NCBI GenBank assembly: GCA_951406725.2
Contig: OX597820.1
Span: 72,664,001 to 72,728,000, forward strand
Source: Octopus vulgaris
Lineage: Eukaryota
Direction: 5' to 3'
DNA length: 64,000 bases
Positions 40,801 to 54,667 of the stretch are shown piece after piece (position 1 is the stretch's first letter; every line of letters begins with the position of its first letter). The notes beneath the pieces were generated by a model. It was not told the DNA's origin and did not search any database. It was given only the letters and a program-made list of their open reading frames with translations. Both the position numbers and the translations under genes were made by a program.

Positions 40801-43479
40801 TGTTTTGTTTTGTTTTCTTTTTGTTTTCTTTTTTTTTATTCTCTCTCTCTCGCTCTCTCTCTGATATGGAGTAGCTGACTGGATATCATTCTCATTGTAA
40901 CTAGACGTAAGAGAGATGGTCATTATTTGTGTGGAGTGAAGTAGTTGTTGCATGAAGAGAAGGCAAACAATGAGACAAGCTAAATATCATCAACACTTAG
41001 GTTTATAGCTATTTATCAATCTGCTTAACTCTCTGTATGGTGGTGGCTCACATCTGCTGTCTACCTGCACATTGACGTAGATCGTAATAAACATACCTAC
41101 ATACATACATGCATACATACATACATACATACATACACACATACATACATATATATAAAAACCCAGCAATATCTTTACATAACATATATATGCGTGTATA
41201 TTTGTCTGTTTTGTGTGTATCTATGTATATATGGATATACATAAATACATATACATACATACATACATACATACATACATACATACATACATACATACAT
41301 ACATACATACATACATACATGCATACATACATATATATGTGTATGTTTGTGAGTATGTCTATGTGTGTGTATGTGTGAGTTAGTCTGTATTCTGATACCT
41401 ATATTCACATACATATGGGTATTTATATATGAATGCACACACACACACGGATATTCTCACTTAAACATAGACACACTAACGTGTATATACATATGTACAT
41501 AACAGATACACATATCTGTATATGCAAATATTTCCTTATTCATATGTGTAACATATTGATATCTGCAGGCATAAATATACTCGTATGTAAATATGTACAT
41601 TATATAGCTGCCTATATTCATGCATACACAAATGTGTGTGTGTGTGTGTGCGCATGCATGTGTGTGTGCATGTGCGTATGCATCTACTCATGTGCATATC
41701 GTAAAAGACGCTGAACCAATGCAGTATCCTTGTTTATTTTGAAATGATAACCGTGAAAGAGAATTTTCAGTATTTGTAGAATGTAATGTATGCCAGATTT
41801 TCTTTAATCTTAGCCTATCAAAAGTAATCTCTGCTATTGTCTAACACCCTGTGGAAAAAAGCATTGGCTGTTTACAAAAACAGCAAAACATCTGTGAAAG
41901 TTCAGTGAGTAAAAAGGTATAAAGGATGGTTGATATTAAGAAAGCATTTTTGATGATTTAAATCTCTTCATTTTTTCTTTTATAACTTCAATATTTCATC
42001 CAATTTCCAGTGTTCTTCCGGCATGTTGCCTTTTGATTGTTGACCCTGTCACATTTCCTTCTAACTTGGAAACAAAGCAGAAAATTTATCAGAGATGAAT
42101 GAGAATCTACGATGTTCATTCCTTTCTTTAGATATGTGAAGTGAATTAACTTTATTCTGATATAAAGGAAAAAACTTTCTACTTTATGAAATGTTTCACC
42201 AGAAGTTCACCTCTCTTGGTTTTTACACGGAAGCTATATATTTCACAACATAGTGTTGATCTCTAGTCTGTTTCCTACTTTTACAATATTCCATTGGAGC
42301 CTTTCTTCTGTTCCATAGTGCTTACTAATTAGCATTTATCTATCAGGATCTGACAAGCTGCAGGACTGTATTGAGATCCAGTGTCAGCTTTGCTATGGTT
42401 TGCTGTGTCCAGATGCTATTCTTAATACCAACCACTTTATAGTGTGTACTGGATGCTCTTTCATGACACCAACATTTGTGAAGTCACAAAGTAACTTGCA
42501 AAATAAAGAAAAGAAAATCCTATCTCGAATGGGAATGTACTTGAAAGAAGAGGGCGGTGGCTTTATGCCAGGTGTTGAAAGGTTATATATATGTATGTCC
42601 TTTTCTGTTCTTAATCATTTAAGTTCTTCCTGTTGGGAAGGAACATGTTTCTAACAAAAATACAAAGCTCCATCATCAGAATGTAGACAACAAGAACAAT
42701 GTAACATTTTAAACTTGAGAAAAGTCTTGCAGATTTTTACTGTTCCACTTACAGATTGTATTTGTAATGTGTGAGTTAGTTGGTTGATTTCTTTTTGTGA
42801 AAATCCTAGCTTATCCAGATTGTCACACATAAAACCATGTGGACTAATTATTATTGATATAAATGTGAATTTATACTCTACACATAGAAGCCGGAGGTTT
42901 TCAAGCAGTTACTCATAGTTATCCGCATACTCCATAAGTTTCAAAGAGGTATTCATATCAGCAGGACAGCTGCCCTCTATGATAGTACCTATTTTTCTTG
43001 TTTGTCCCAAACAGCAATATCCTTTCTACCCTAGGCAAAAGGCCCAAAATTTTGGGGGATGGGGCCAGTCGATTAGATTGACCCCAGTATGCAACTGGTA
43101 CTTAATTTATCAACCTGGGAAGGAGGAAAGGCAAAGTTGCCCTCGACGGAATTTGAACTCAGAACGTAAAGAGAGACGAAATACCACTAAGCATTTCACC
43201 CAGTGTGCAAACGTTTCTGCCAACAATATCCAACCTGCTATGTTTACACTTGACAAATGCTTGGATGGGAATGTTCCACCAATATTCCTTGTGCTGATGT
43301 TTGTGCATGTATTCAATAAAAGGGGGATTCTCTATATTTATTCTAGGACAGTCATTTTTCGAAGCCATTATATCTGGTTTTGTGACAATGTCGTCACATA
43401 CGATGGTAGTACCTTGATGGCATTTTTGGGCAGCTGCTAATCACATGTGAAAATTTCCACAGAATTATGGCATAATCTA

Positions 43480-45620
43480 CATTTTTGGGTGCATCTTGGA
43501 GCTCCAAGGGCTTTATTGTCTCTTCTTTTATTAGGCATTTAATTTCCTGCTTTTTGGATTGCTAATGCAGAACCTTCAAAGTGTCATGTGATGTAGTGGC
43601 CACGAGTCCAAGAGAGGCTGCACTTCATGTCAATATTACTGTCTTCTTTGAGTCTTCAGGAAACATTCTCATGCACAGTCTTTTTTTTTTAGTAAGCTTA
43701 GCATTTCACATCCAGGTTTTCTTTGAGGTATGTTAGTCCGGTTATTTTGAGGTTATATTGGAGGTCATCAGGAAGAGGGTGTTTCCTGGGGGGGTCTCAC
43801 TACTGATGCACAAGATATTGTTTTTGTCACTTTTCAGTATTAAGTTAATATATTTATTTTTGCTGCTGTTCAATCGCAAGAGCTATCTGAGAGAGAGAGA
43901 GACTGACTGACATCAAAGAGAGACTGACATTCAAAGGCTGACTGACCTCAAGCCTCTGTCTACTTCACTTCTTCTTAGGTAGAGCTTGTTGGTTTTGTTT
44001 ATTCTGTAGAGATTTGCAGTTGATGCCAGTATTTTGCAGGTTTTAACTTCTAAAGAGTGAAATTCCTCTACAGAATAGTCAGGTATCCAAAATGTTGGAA
44101 TCAAAACTGGTACTACAAGTGCATTGTGGAATACTGTCTTGTTGTATGACGAAAGTTCCAACTGCCATATTTTTCTAAGTCTGGCATAATATTCTCAGAT
44201 CACTTTATCTTTATTCACAGTACCTTTGTATGATATGTTTTCATCAATACCTAGGTACATGTAGTATCCTTTGTGTGGGACAGGAGAAATAGTAAGACCA
44301 TTAATGCACAGATTTGGGGTCTGGAGGACTGATTTTCCATGTTCAACAATCATAAACATTTCCTTTGGCCAAATTCCATTACTATGTCAGCTGAAAATGT
44401 CGTTATTAACTCCAGCTGGTTTTTGGCATTGTTAACATTTTTGTATAAATCTTGTATAAATCTTGAGATCATCCACAAAGAGATTATGGGTTGCATTAAT
44501 ATCTCTAGCAGTCGCAGAACCTAGCATGTCGCCATTTGATTTTTGTAACAGGAATGATAATGGATTTAATACCATGGTAAACAGAATTACAGAAAGATCA
44601 TCTCCTTGGAATATTCCCTTTGAAATATCCATAACATTGGAGATGATCACTCTGCTCTCAGTTCTAAGAGTTAGAATTGTTGCCCAGATCTTTGTGATCT
44701 TCTCAATGGCAGCAATTGAGGTAGCAGGCACTTTTGCCAAAGATAGACATTTCAGCAGCCACGAGTGTGGAACAGAGCGAAATACCTTCCTATTATTAAG
44801 CAAGGCTCCTTCTGTGTTTTTTCACTCCAGTACAGCTTTTTATAGCAAAAGTTGTTCAGCACATCTACCCTCTCGTCCTTTCCACTGGCCTGCTCATCAG
44901 TCACTGTGTTATTGGACAATGATCCTGGACAATGGTAGTTTTCTGTAAAATGTCAGCCTCTTATACCAATATCGAACTATTACAAGTACCTTCCCATGAT
45001 GCAGGTACCTTCCCATGATGCCTACAGTCATGATGAAATTTCCAGGTCAATTGTATTTGTATTATTATTGGTACATTATTCTCACCTTACTGTATTTAGC
45101 CATGTTGCATTAAGGTTGAAATTCCTGTTTTCATTCCAGATGTTCAACCAAAATTATTCAAGATCTTGAAAAGGGACCTTTCTTAATGATAATATTGTCC
45201 TTCCTTGTCTCTCTGTATAATGTCTTATGTAGGTTAGAAGCAAACTTGTGATTTATACAGGCTCATTAAAAAATTCACCCGTGATAACAAAGATTTTTGC
45301 TCAGGCACCCTGAGTTCATGTTTTAGAGTAATTAACATTTCCTCAAGAGCTTGGTGTGAAGAATCACCACAGAGTTTTGTTAATTTATTCATAAGATGTA
45401 ATTGATGAGGTGTAAACTCATTATTCCTCTTACATTTTATTATCTTGGTTAACCATCCAGTATGGCGGCAGATTGTTGATGTTTTCTTCGTTTTGTTTTC
45501 CATCTTGGTTGCTTCCATTTAATAGTTTCATTAACGTGTATACCGCAGATTTCCCTATGGTATTCTTTAAGAGTTGTAGCAGCTGTGTATATAAGGGGAT
45601 TAATATTCCGGCAATTAACA
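43480..45620 (-). mobile_element. Decayed R4/Dong-like retrotransposon (N-terminal region + RT)
   Basis: SVPHSWLLKCL, KGIFQGDDLSVILF, HNLFVDDLKIY, ELSSYNK..HNALVVPVL and KLYLRRSEVDRGL in fragmented frames. Confidence 0.82.
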
Positions 45621-46094
45621 TCATGTGTGTGTGTGTGTGTGTGCACGCGCGCGTGCATGCATGCACATATGAGTGTGTGTGTGTGTGCATGCGCACGCGC
45701 ATGCATGCACATATGAGTGTGTGTGTGTGTTTGTTTACATCCGTACTTCTCTGTAAATAACTGAGCTACAAACAGTAATGTCAGTGGGTCATCTACCAAC
45801 TTTCGAGACATGTGAAATAAGATATCCCTTACTTAAAAAACAGGTAGGAGTTAGTGGCATGAAGGGTGTATGACTGTAAAACACTGCCTCAATAATATAT
45901 TCTTTTATTAGGCACAGTCATAGGCACAGGTGTGACTGTTAGGTAAGAAGTTTGCTTCTCAATCCCTTAGTTTGGGGTTCAGTCCCACTGTGTAGCATCT
46001 AATCTTCTACTATAGTGTTAGGCCAACCTAAGTCTGGTGAGTGGATCTGGTTGATGGAAACTGAAAGAAGCCTGTCATATATGTGTGTATATAC

Positions 46095-46140
<46 letters not shown>

Positions 46141-47107
46141 CTAGATAGATAAGATAGATATCGTCATCATCATCATCGTTTAATGTCCGCTTTCCATGCT
46201 GGCATGGGTTGGGCGGTTTGACTGAGGACTGGCAAGCCAGGAGGTTGCACCAGGCTCCAATCTGATCTGGCAAGGCTTCTACAGCTGGATGCCCTTCCTA
46301 ATGCCAACCATTTTGAGAGCGTAGTGGGTGCTGTTTACGTGCCACCAGCACAGGAGCCAGTCAGGCGGCACTGGCATCGACCACACTCAAATGGTGCTTT
46401 TCACGTGCCACAATGTGTGTTGTGATTGTCGCACACCACTGCTTGAAAACAGGTGTTGGTGTGTTTACATTCCTGTAACCTAGCAGCTTGGCAAAAAATG
46501 ACTGATAGAATAAATACAAAGCTTTAAGAAAAATAGTAAGTGTTAAGGTTGATTTGTTCAAGTAAAATTCTTCAAGGAGGTGCCCCAGCATGGTCGCAGT
46601 CTAATTACTGAAAGAAGCAAAAAATGGGACATAGAATATTTTATTTGATAGTCATTGGACAGCTGAAACGTTGCCAGAAGTTTTTAGTTGAGACAATCAA
46701 CCGACCATTAATTTTTGTTGTATCTGATACTTGTTCTATTGCCATCGGCTGAACTTCTCAACTACAGCCACATAAATCATCTGACGCTGATTGTCAAGTG
46801 ATGAGAAACAAACACAAAAACATGGACACACACACACACACACACACACATGCATACACACATACACAGCAGCATCATTTAACGTCATTTAACCCATTCT
46901 TGCATGGGTCAGATGGAGTTTATTTTACACATATTTTTCAATGACCAGAAGTCCTTCCTGTTGCCAATCTTCATCTGTTTCCAAGAAAGGACATGCTCTC
47001 ACAGAATATTGGAAATGAATGACACTGCTTGTCGGGAAGTATAGCATAGAGCCAAAGCAAGGAGACACAAACATACACATACATATTTATTGATACATGT
47101 ATGTATG

Positions 47108-47148
<41 letters not shown>

Positions 47149-47625
47149 CCATTTTTATTCTCTTCTGCTACTCCAAACTATAGTTGGGATATTTTCTCTC
47201 TAAGTTCATTCTGCTACAATAATAGCAGCATGTAATTTTTTTCCTTCTCTAGTTCTGATGAAATATTTGCTAAAAATTATAATGGAGTATCCTGTATGTT
47301 GAGAACCTATATTATGCATCTAAAGATGGCAGTGTATTTCGAATTGCTGGAGCACCACCTTTAGTCAAACAAATCGGCCCTAGAACTTATTCTATCAGTC
47401 TCTTTTTGCTGAACCACTAAGTTACAGGGGATGTAAACATACCAGCATCAGTTGTCAAGCGATGATGTGGAAACAAAATAACAAACACATACAGACACAA
47501 ATAACAAATACATAAATACATATATATAAACAATTGGAATTTACAAAAAAAACAAAACAAAAGACGAAGACGGGTGTGTAAACAACAAACAGATGTATTA
47601 GTTTAATGCTCAGGAAGTGAGAAAG

Positions 47626-47653
47626 TCTTTTACATTTCAAGCCTACGCTCTTC

Positions 47654-47657
<4 letters not shown>
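47626..47657 (-). ncRNA. 5'-truncated hammerhead-like motif in a remnant (~47530-47657)
   Basis: Minus strand ..TGA-A-GAGC gtag GCTT-GAAAT-GTA-aaagac. Stem II and downstream context resemble the 58871 motif. Confidence 0.4.
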
Positions 47658-47688
<31 letters not shown>

Positions 47689-48469
47689 GATGGGTTCTTT
47701 CATTTTCCATCTACCAAATCCACTCTCAAGGCTTTGGTCGGCCTGAGGCTATAGTAGAAGACACTTGCCCAAGGTGCCATGCAGTAGGTCTGAATCCAGA
47801 ACCATGTGGTTGGGAAGCAAGCTTCTTACCACACAGCCATGCCTGTGCCTGTAAAATATAACGTAACATAATACAATGTAAATATAATTATATCATCATC
47901 ATCATCATTTAGCATCTGTTTTATATGTACACAGAAGCACACACAGTTACACACAATGACACATGCATGCACACACACACACACACATATCAGAGAGGGG
48001 GTGGAGAAAGACTTACAGACAAGGTATTCTTATCTCTGAAGCTTTCGGAATTTAATGTTTGAGCTGTCATTTTCAACAATGAAACATCATAAGAACAGAT
48101 GGTTGAAAAATGTTGAGAATTAGGGAAATACACACAAAAAAAAAAACAACCACACACACACACACACATCAGTTAGAGAACATTGAAGAGAATTAGGAAA
48201 AAAATTCTTTAGATTATAAAAAAAAATCAGCAGAAAAAAGGAGTCTATTTTCAGAGAAGGTTAGTCTCAGAATTCTTTAATGATTTTAATTCATCAATAT
48301 GTATATAAGTATAAACTAAAAGAAAATAAAGTAATATCCTCTTTAGTGCCATCTCTAAGTCAAAACCCAAACCGCTCCTAAATGGCAAACACAGCACTGA
48401 TGTAATGAACAAATTAACTACTTCCTTCTCTTATTAGTTCCACCATTTCATGAAATAGAAAATGTAAGA

Positions 48470-48885
48470 CAAAGAGAAGGAGGAGGAGAGAAAGATTGAA
48501 GGAGAGATAGAGGGAGAGAGAGTGAAGAAGAGAGAGAGGAAAGAGAGAAGGAGAGAGAGAGGACAGAGAGTGAATAAGAGAGAGAGAGAGTGAAGGAACG
48601 AGGGAGAGAGTAAAGAAGAGCGAGAGAAGGAGAGAGAGAGAGTGGAGGAGGGAGGAGAGAATGAAGAAGAGAGAGAGAGGACAGAGAGTGAAGGAGAGAG
48701 TGAATAAGAAAGAAAGGAGAGAGAGTGAAGAAGAAAGAGAAGGACAGAGAGTGAAGAAGAGAGTGTGAATAAGAGAGAGAGGAAAGAGAGTGAAGGAACG
48801 AGGGAGAGAGTGAAGGAACGAGGGAGAGAGTGAAGAAGAGAGAGAAGGAGAGAGAGAGAAGGACAGAGAGTGAAGGAAAGAGAGT
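48470..48885 (+). repeat. Polypurine (GA-rich) minisatellite
   Basis: Repeated gagagtgaagaagagagaga / gagagtgaaggaacgaggga units, nearly pyrimidine-free on the plus strand. Confidence 0.9.
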
Positions 48886-51094
48886 GGTTCCTTGGCAGAC
48901 AAGTTTGTTGGAAACCATTTTAATACAGGGGTTGGAATGTCTATGTGGTTATGAAGCTTGCTTGCAACCGGTGGGTTGGGGGTTCTGCAACTGCATGGTA
49001 AGAAGTTTGCTTCTCAACCACATGGTTCTGGGTTCAGTCCCTCTGCGTAGCACCTTGGGCAAGTATATTTTATAGACAGGTCAACCAAAGCCTTGTGAGT
49101 GGATTTGGTAGATGGAAACTGAAAGAAGCCCATGGTATACATGCACACAAACACACACACACACACATATGTAAATATATATGCCTCTATGTTTTAGAAT
49201 GTTCCCACTATCATCGTTTGACAACCAGTTTTGGTTTGTTTATGTCCCTATAACTTAGCAGTTTGGCAAAAAAGACTGATAGAATTAGTACAAAACTTGA
49301 TGGAAAAAGGTAGATACTGGGGACAATTTGTTTGACTAATCCCTTCAAGGCAGTGCCCCAGCAAGGCCACAGCCCAATGACTACAGCAAGTAAAACAAAA
49401 ATGATATTCTGTACCTCACATATGTGTTTTTTCTGTTTATTTAATGATTTCTTTCTTTCTTTCTTTATATATTTATTTATGTGAAAATGGTAAGGTGTTG
49501 TTTGAGGGAAATTTGAATGCTATCTCCAACGTTTCAGTCAACTACATAATGGCGCCCTCATTATCTCATTCGCACATTAGTTTGAACTTCTGTATCATTA
49601 TAATTTGATGTCATCAATGGCATTAGTTTGAACTATTAATTCATTAACTCAAACTAATATTGCTTAATGATTTAGCTTGAAGTATGATTGTAACTTTGGG
49701 GTAGAATCACGAATAGATTAAATATATTATTTATATTAACAAATTAGTCAAGTAATCTTAAGTAGCCATTATAGATAATATAGAATATAAGCTAGTAATG
49801 CATATTTACGTAATTATTCTCTTATGGATCTTCGATATAACATAGAACTTGAATTAGTTAATAACTAGACCATATTAGCCATTACTAGATTTAAATTGTG
49901 TTCTACATATTAAGATGGACAACAGAAAAAATTTTCAGAAAATATTTAGAGTTTCTAAGAAGACTATTTTTATGTTATATATATTTATATATATATATAT
50001 ATAGGCGAACAAACCCTTAAAACTCTTATAACTAGACAATATTTGAACTTATGACATGAAAAGATTTGAAAGTGTCTCATCAATCATTATTCAATTTCCT
50101 CTAGAAGGAACAAAACAGACTTATTTTGTCAATATTATATATGAGGATGACAGGGTTGATTAATGTGGCGAAAAATCAAACCCTGTATATTTATCAGAGA
50201 TAATACTAACTTTATATCTTAACACTATTGACAAAAGCATGAGAATATAGATTTTGGAGAAAGTAGAGGGGAATGTATGTCCAATTTTTGGAGATGATTT
50301 CACTTATTTGACCTCAGTGTAAAAGGTGAGGAGAAGAATGTTAACAAAATAACCTTTTGACTCAAACATCAGTGGAGTTGGATGTTATTACCAAAGAGAA
50401 GATTTATTTCCCTCCTTCACTAAAGATTATTTATTCATTTCCATATAACTACTGGTTAGGGTCAGTGAAATTTATTAAGTAGAACAGATCAGATATATCT
50501 TCATCTTTATAGACTCTGCTGTATAGAATAGCAGTGAGATTTAAAACATCAACTTAGTTGTTATTAAACATTGATAAATAAATAGTAAGCACTTTCATAA
50601 AATGAACTCAGTTTGAATTATTATTACAAGCATTTTAATGTTCTCTTATACACGAAAGATAATTTGCTCATTACATGATAATCCAGTTATTTGAATGTAT
50701 CTAAACATCACCAAATAGTTGAAAACAATGCCAAAATTGTCAATAGAAAATAGAATGGTGGAACTGACATCTAATCTTTATTATACAAAGCATACATCTC
50801 ACAAATGTTTAAGCTAAACAATTTTATACACACTTCAATAATGTACATACATTAATGAATAACATTTAGAAAAGAATTTCTCTAGTTAGTATTCAGTCCA
50901 TGTCTCCTGGCTTCTTAAAAGATACCATCTAGGCTTGAAAGATATCAAACAGCTGAAGAATTTCAGAGTTCAGTTTCCTTTAGTTCAATTACTATTATCT
51001 AGAAGTAAACGCAGACGAGTTAGATAGGTTATGTTATATGTATATATATATATATATATGTTGTACTATGCTACTGTGATATACATATGTGTGC

Positions 51095-51139
<45 letters not shown>

Positions 51140-51164
51140 TGCACACACACACACACACACACAC

Positions 51165-51198
<34 letters not shown>

Positions 51199-51549
51199 GA
51201 AGAAATAAGTGATATAGATATCTACTTTATACAGCTCAACCAATTAGTGCTCTTATAGAGCTTCAGGAATATGAAATTTAAGAGGAGAGAAAACAAGTTC
51301 AGGAATATGGAGAAACAATTCCTTGGTCTGTCCATAAAATATACATCGACCTTTGAATTTGTTTTCTCTCCTCTTTAATTTTATATATATATATATATAT
51401 ATCATCATCATCATCATCATTGTTTAACGTCCGCTTTCCATGTTAGCATGGGTTGGACGGTTCAACTGGGGTCTGGGGAGCCCAAAGGCTGCACCAGGCC
51501 AGTCAGATCTGGCAGTGTTTCTACAGCTGGATGCCCTTCCTAACGCCAC

Positions 51550-51586
<37 letters not shown>

Positions 51587-52942
51587 ACATATATATATAT
51601 CGCAGAAGCATTGTACTATATATATTCATGCAACTCTCCTAAGTTTACTTCTATATATATATTTATATACATACATTCATACATACATACGTATATATAT
51701 ATATAAATCCAGAAAATGGAACAAGAACGCAACAGGCGACAATAAAACATCCGGACAGATAGATGATATGTGTGTGTGTGTGTGTGTGTATACTACTACT
51801 ACTACTACTAGATAAACTCAATTGAATGAGGGCGACAGCTTAAAATTCAGAATGAGAAAAAACCCTTGCTAGACACGAAGAAAATGTGTAATTAATCTCC
51901 ACTTATTAGAAACTATGTCAATAAATAAAAATTAACAAATTAGCATATGTATAAATCCCTAGGGGTATCATGATAATTATAAATATGATATTAAATTACA
52001 TTATATGTCCATAACTAACTAAATGTATTCTTTACAGTTTACATTTTTCAAGCTAAGAAAGGTCACTTAAATAAATTATCTAAATTAATATAATTACAAA
52101 AAACTAAACTATTTATTAAATAATTTTGAATAGAAAAATTTGTAAAGTTGAAAAATTGAATCCCTCTTGAGATTATAAAATGTTTCTGCAAGCAAGTACT
52201 AGAAAAAGAAGTGTTCCATGACTAATAGTGCCAAAAGTTGTTTTATGATTGTAAAAAACTTAATAGTAAGATAAGGTGGCCAGAATTTTTTGAAAATTTT
52301 GATAATCAGTAAGAGACAGATTGCTGAGTTGAAGAATGATAAAATAGGATAGAGGATAATTATAGCTGTGTATATTTTGTAGATGGAAGCCAGACAAGGT
52401 ATGTGCCTGGAGGAGAGAAAAAGCTGATGAATTGTGATTATATATTCCAAGCACATATTATATTAAAAATAATCTAGAAAACTATTAGGTGAGGATTTGA
52501 TGAAAATTGAGGGTGTATAATCAGGGAAAAGTCATAAAAAAATGGAAGAAGTGTGACAAAAAGACTGATGCATTAATAATAGTGAATTAAAAGTGAGCTA
52601 AAAGAAGAGTAAGAATGAAATACTTGGAACTTGCATCAGAAAGATTAATTTAGAAATGAAAGACAGGACAAACAAAGAAATAAGAATGAATAAGATGAGG
52701 ACAGTTAACTAACAAGAATTTTATATACCTGTTTAGATTTAGAAAAATTATTTAATGTTAACCCTTTTGTTACTATATTTCTCTTGAAATACTCTACCTT
52801 TGTTTTAATTAATTTCAAAAATAACGAAGAATTTAATGAAGTAACTATGTCATTCAGGTCTATATTTAAGAGATGAGGAATTATATACATTATTTACATT
52901 ATTTACATTCGAAGGATATTTGTCCTCATCTTGTTTGTTGTT

Positions 52943-52990
52943 AACACAACGTTTTCGCTGATATACCCTCCAGCCTTCGTCAGGTATCTT
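52943..52990 (-). ncRNA. Minimal hammerhead motif, copy 1
   Basis: Minus strand GATAC-CTGACGA-A-GGCTG gagggtatat CAGC-GAAA-ACGTT-GTGTT. Confidence 0.6.
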
Positions 52991-53170
52991 GGGGAAATTT
53001 CGAACCTGGGTTCTCATTCCTAAGGTAATTTTCAATGTCATCAGTGGCAGCGGCATCATTATTATCCAATAGTCTTCATTTTCAGTTCTATATTTAAGAG
53101 ATGAAGAATTATGTACATTATTTCCATTATTTACATTCGACGGATATTTGTCCTCATCTTGTTTGTTGTT

Positions 53171-53215
53171 AACACGTTTCGGCTGATATACCCTCCAGCT
53201 TTCTTCAGGTGTCTT
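53171..53215 (-). ncRNA. Minimal hammerhead motif, copy 2 (3-nt deletion near the cleavage site)
   Basis: Minus strand GACAC-CTGAAGA-A-AGCTG gagggtatat CAGCC-GAAAC-GTGTT. Confidence 0.55.
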
Positions 53216-53260
53216 GGGGAAATTTTGAACCTGGGTTCTAATTCCTAAAGTATTTTTCGA

Positions 53261-53296
<36 letters not shown>

Positions 53297-53449
53297 TACT
53301 ATTATTATTATTATTATTATTATTACTATTATTATTATTATTATTCAATAGTCTTCTTTTTCAGTTCTATATTTAAGAGCTGAGGAATTATGTACATTAT
53401 TTACATTATTTACATTCGACGGATATTTGTTCTCATCTTGTTTGTTGTT

Positions 53450-53497
53450 AACATAACGTTTCAGCTGATATACCCTCCAGCCTTCATCTGGAGTCTT
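53450..53497 (-). ncRNA. Minimal hammerhead motif, copy 3 (U4A)
   Basis: Minus strand GACTC-CAGATGA-A-GGCTG gagggtatat CAGCT-GAAAC-GTT-ATGTT. Confidence 0.55.
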
Positions 53498-53562
53498 GGG
53501 GAAATTTCGAACCTGGGTTCTCATTCCTAAGGTATTTTTCAATGTTGTTGCTGTTGTTATTG

Positions 53563-53639
<77 letters not shown>

Positions 53640-53688
53640 TATTATTATTCAAGTCACTGCCTTAACCACTATGCCATATGCCCCCACA

Positions 53689-53761
53689 GGGCATATGGCG
53701 TAGTGGTTAAGAGCACTGGCTACAAACCCCAAGATTCCAAGTTCAATTCCAAACAGTGACC
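53689..53761 (+). promoter_or_regulatory. tRNA-derived Pol III type-2 promoter head
   Basis: A box TGGCGTAGTGG (53696-53706) and B box GTTCAATTCC (53741-53750) at tRNA-like spacing. Confidence 0.75.
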
Positions 53762-53842
53762 TGAACAAAAACAATAATAATAATAATAATAACAACATCG
53801 AAAAATACCTTAGGAATGAGAACCCAGATTCAAAATTTCCCC

Positions 53843-53880
53843 AAGACACCTGATGAAGGCTGGAGGGTATATCAGCTGAA
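53843..53880 (+). ncRNA. Hammerhead motif, copy 4 (3' half deleted)
   Basis: GACAC-CTGATGA-A-GGCTG gagggtatat CAGCT-GAA, followed by a deletion relative to the other copies. Confidence 0.5.
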
Positions 53881-54288
53881 CAAACAAGATGATGACATAT
53901 ATCTGTCAAATGTAAATAATGTAAACATTGTCATTATTAAGTTCGTATTTAATGTTGTGAAGGTCAATTTTTGCCTTTCATCTATTTCAGGGTCAATGAA
54001 ATAAGTGCCAGTTAACCACTAGGGTCACTGTAATTGACAAGCCCCTCCCCCAGAATTTCAGGCCTTGTGCCAGTCATAGAAAGGATTATTAGGTTGGTAT
54101 TTGGAATATAAATTAACATGATATAGACTTAGGAGTGACTGTGTGGTAAGTAGCTTGCTTACGAACCACATTGTTCCGGGTTCAGTCCCACTGTGTGGCA
54201 TCTTGTGTCTTCTTCTATAGCCTTGGGCTGACCAAAGCCTTGTGAGTGGATTTGGGAGACGGAAACTGAAAGCCCATTGTATATATGC

Positions 54289-54344
<56 letters not shown>

Positions 54345-54346
<2 letters not shown>

Positions 54347-54667
54347 GAGTACTCAGTCGGTTGCGATGACGAGGGTCCCAGCTGATATGATGACCGAAAC
54401 AGCTTGCTTGTGAAATTAACGTGTGAGTGGCTGAGCAATCCACAAACACATGTACCCTTAACTTAGTTCTTGGGGAGATTCAGTATGACACAGTGTGTGA
54501 CAAGGCTGGCCCTTTGAAATACAGGTAATACTCATTTTTGCCTGCTGAGTGAACTGGACCAATGTAAAATAAAGTATGTTGCTCAAGAACACTACGCATC
54601 ACCGGGAATTGAACTTACGACCTTATGATCATGAGCCAAATGCCCCTAACCACTAAGCCACACACCT
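54345..54667 (-). mobile_element. tRNA-derived SINE family C, nested in the SINE A central microsatellite; partial copy at ~17880-18060-
   Basis: Minus strand TGGCTTAGTGGTTAGG (A box), AGTTCAATTCCCGG (B box), CTTGAGCAA, CACTCAGCAGGCAAAAATGAGTA. Confidence 0.8.

Larger units (their letters stand above)
52853..53928. mobile_element. tRNA-headed hammerhead repeat array: three tandem units on minus, one inverted unit on plus
   Basis: ~200-bp bodies at 52853-53038, 53066-53262 and 53346-53545 are separated by (AAT)n-type spacers. Heads meet head-to-head at 53662-53710. The plus arm spans 53689-53928. TGTCATT lies at 52848 and 53929. Confidence 0.85.

Noticed and set aside
52850-54004. Repeated peptide LGMRTQVRNFPKTPDEGWRVYQ as a small protein family, or a CRISPR-like array
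   Set aside because: Frames and stops differ among copies. Units are ~200 bp with microsatellite spacers and there are no cas genes. The conservation is better explained by an RNA element.
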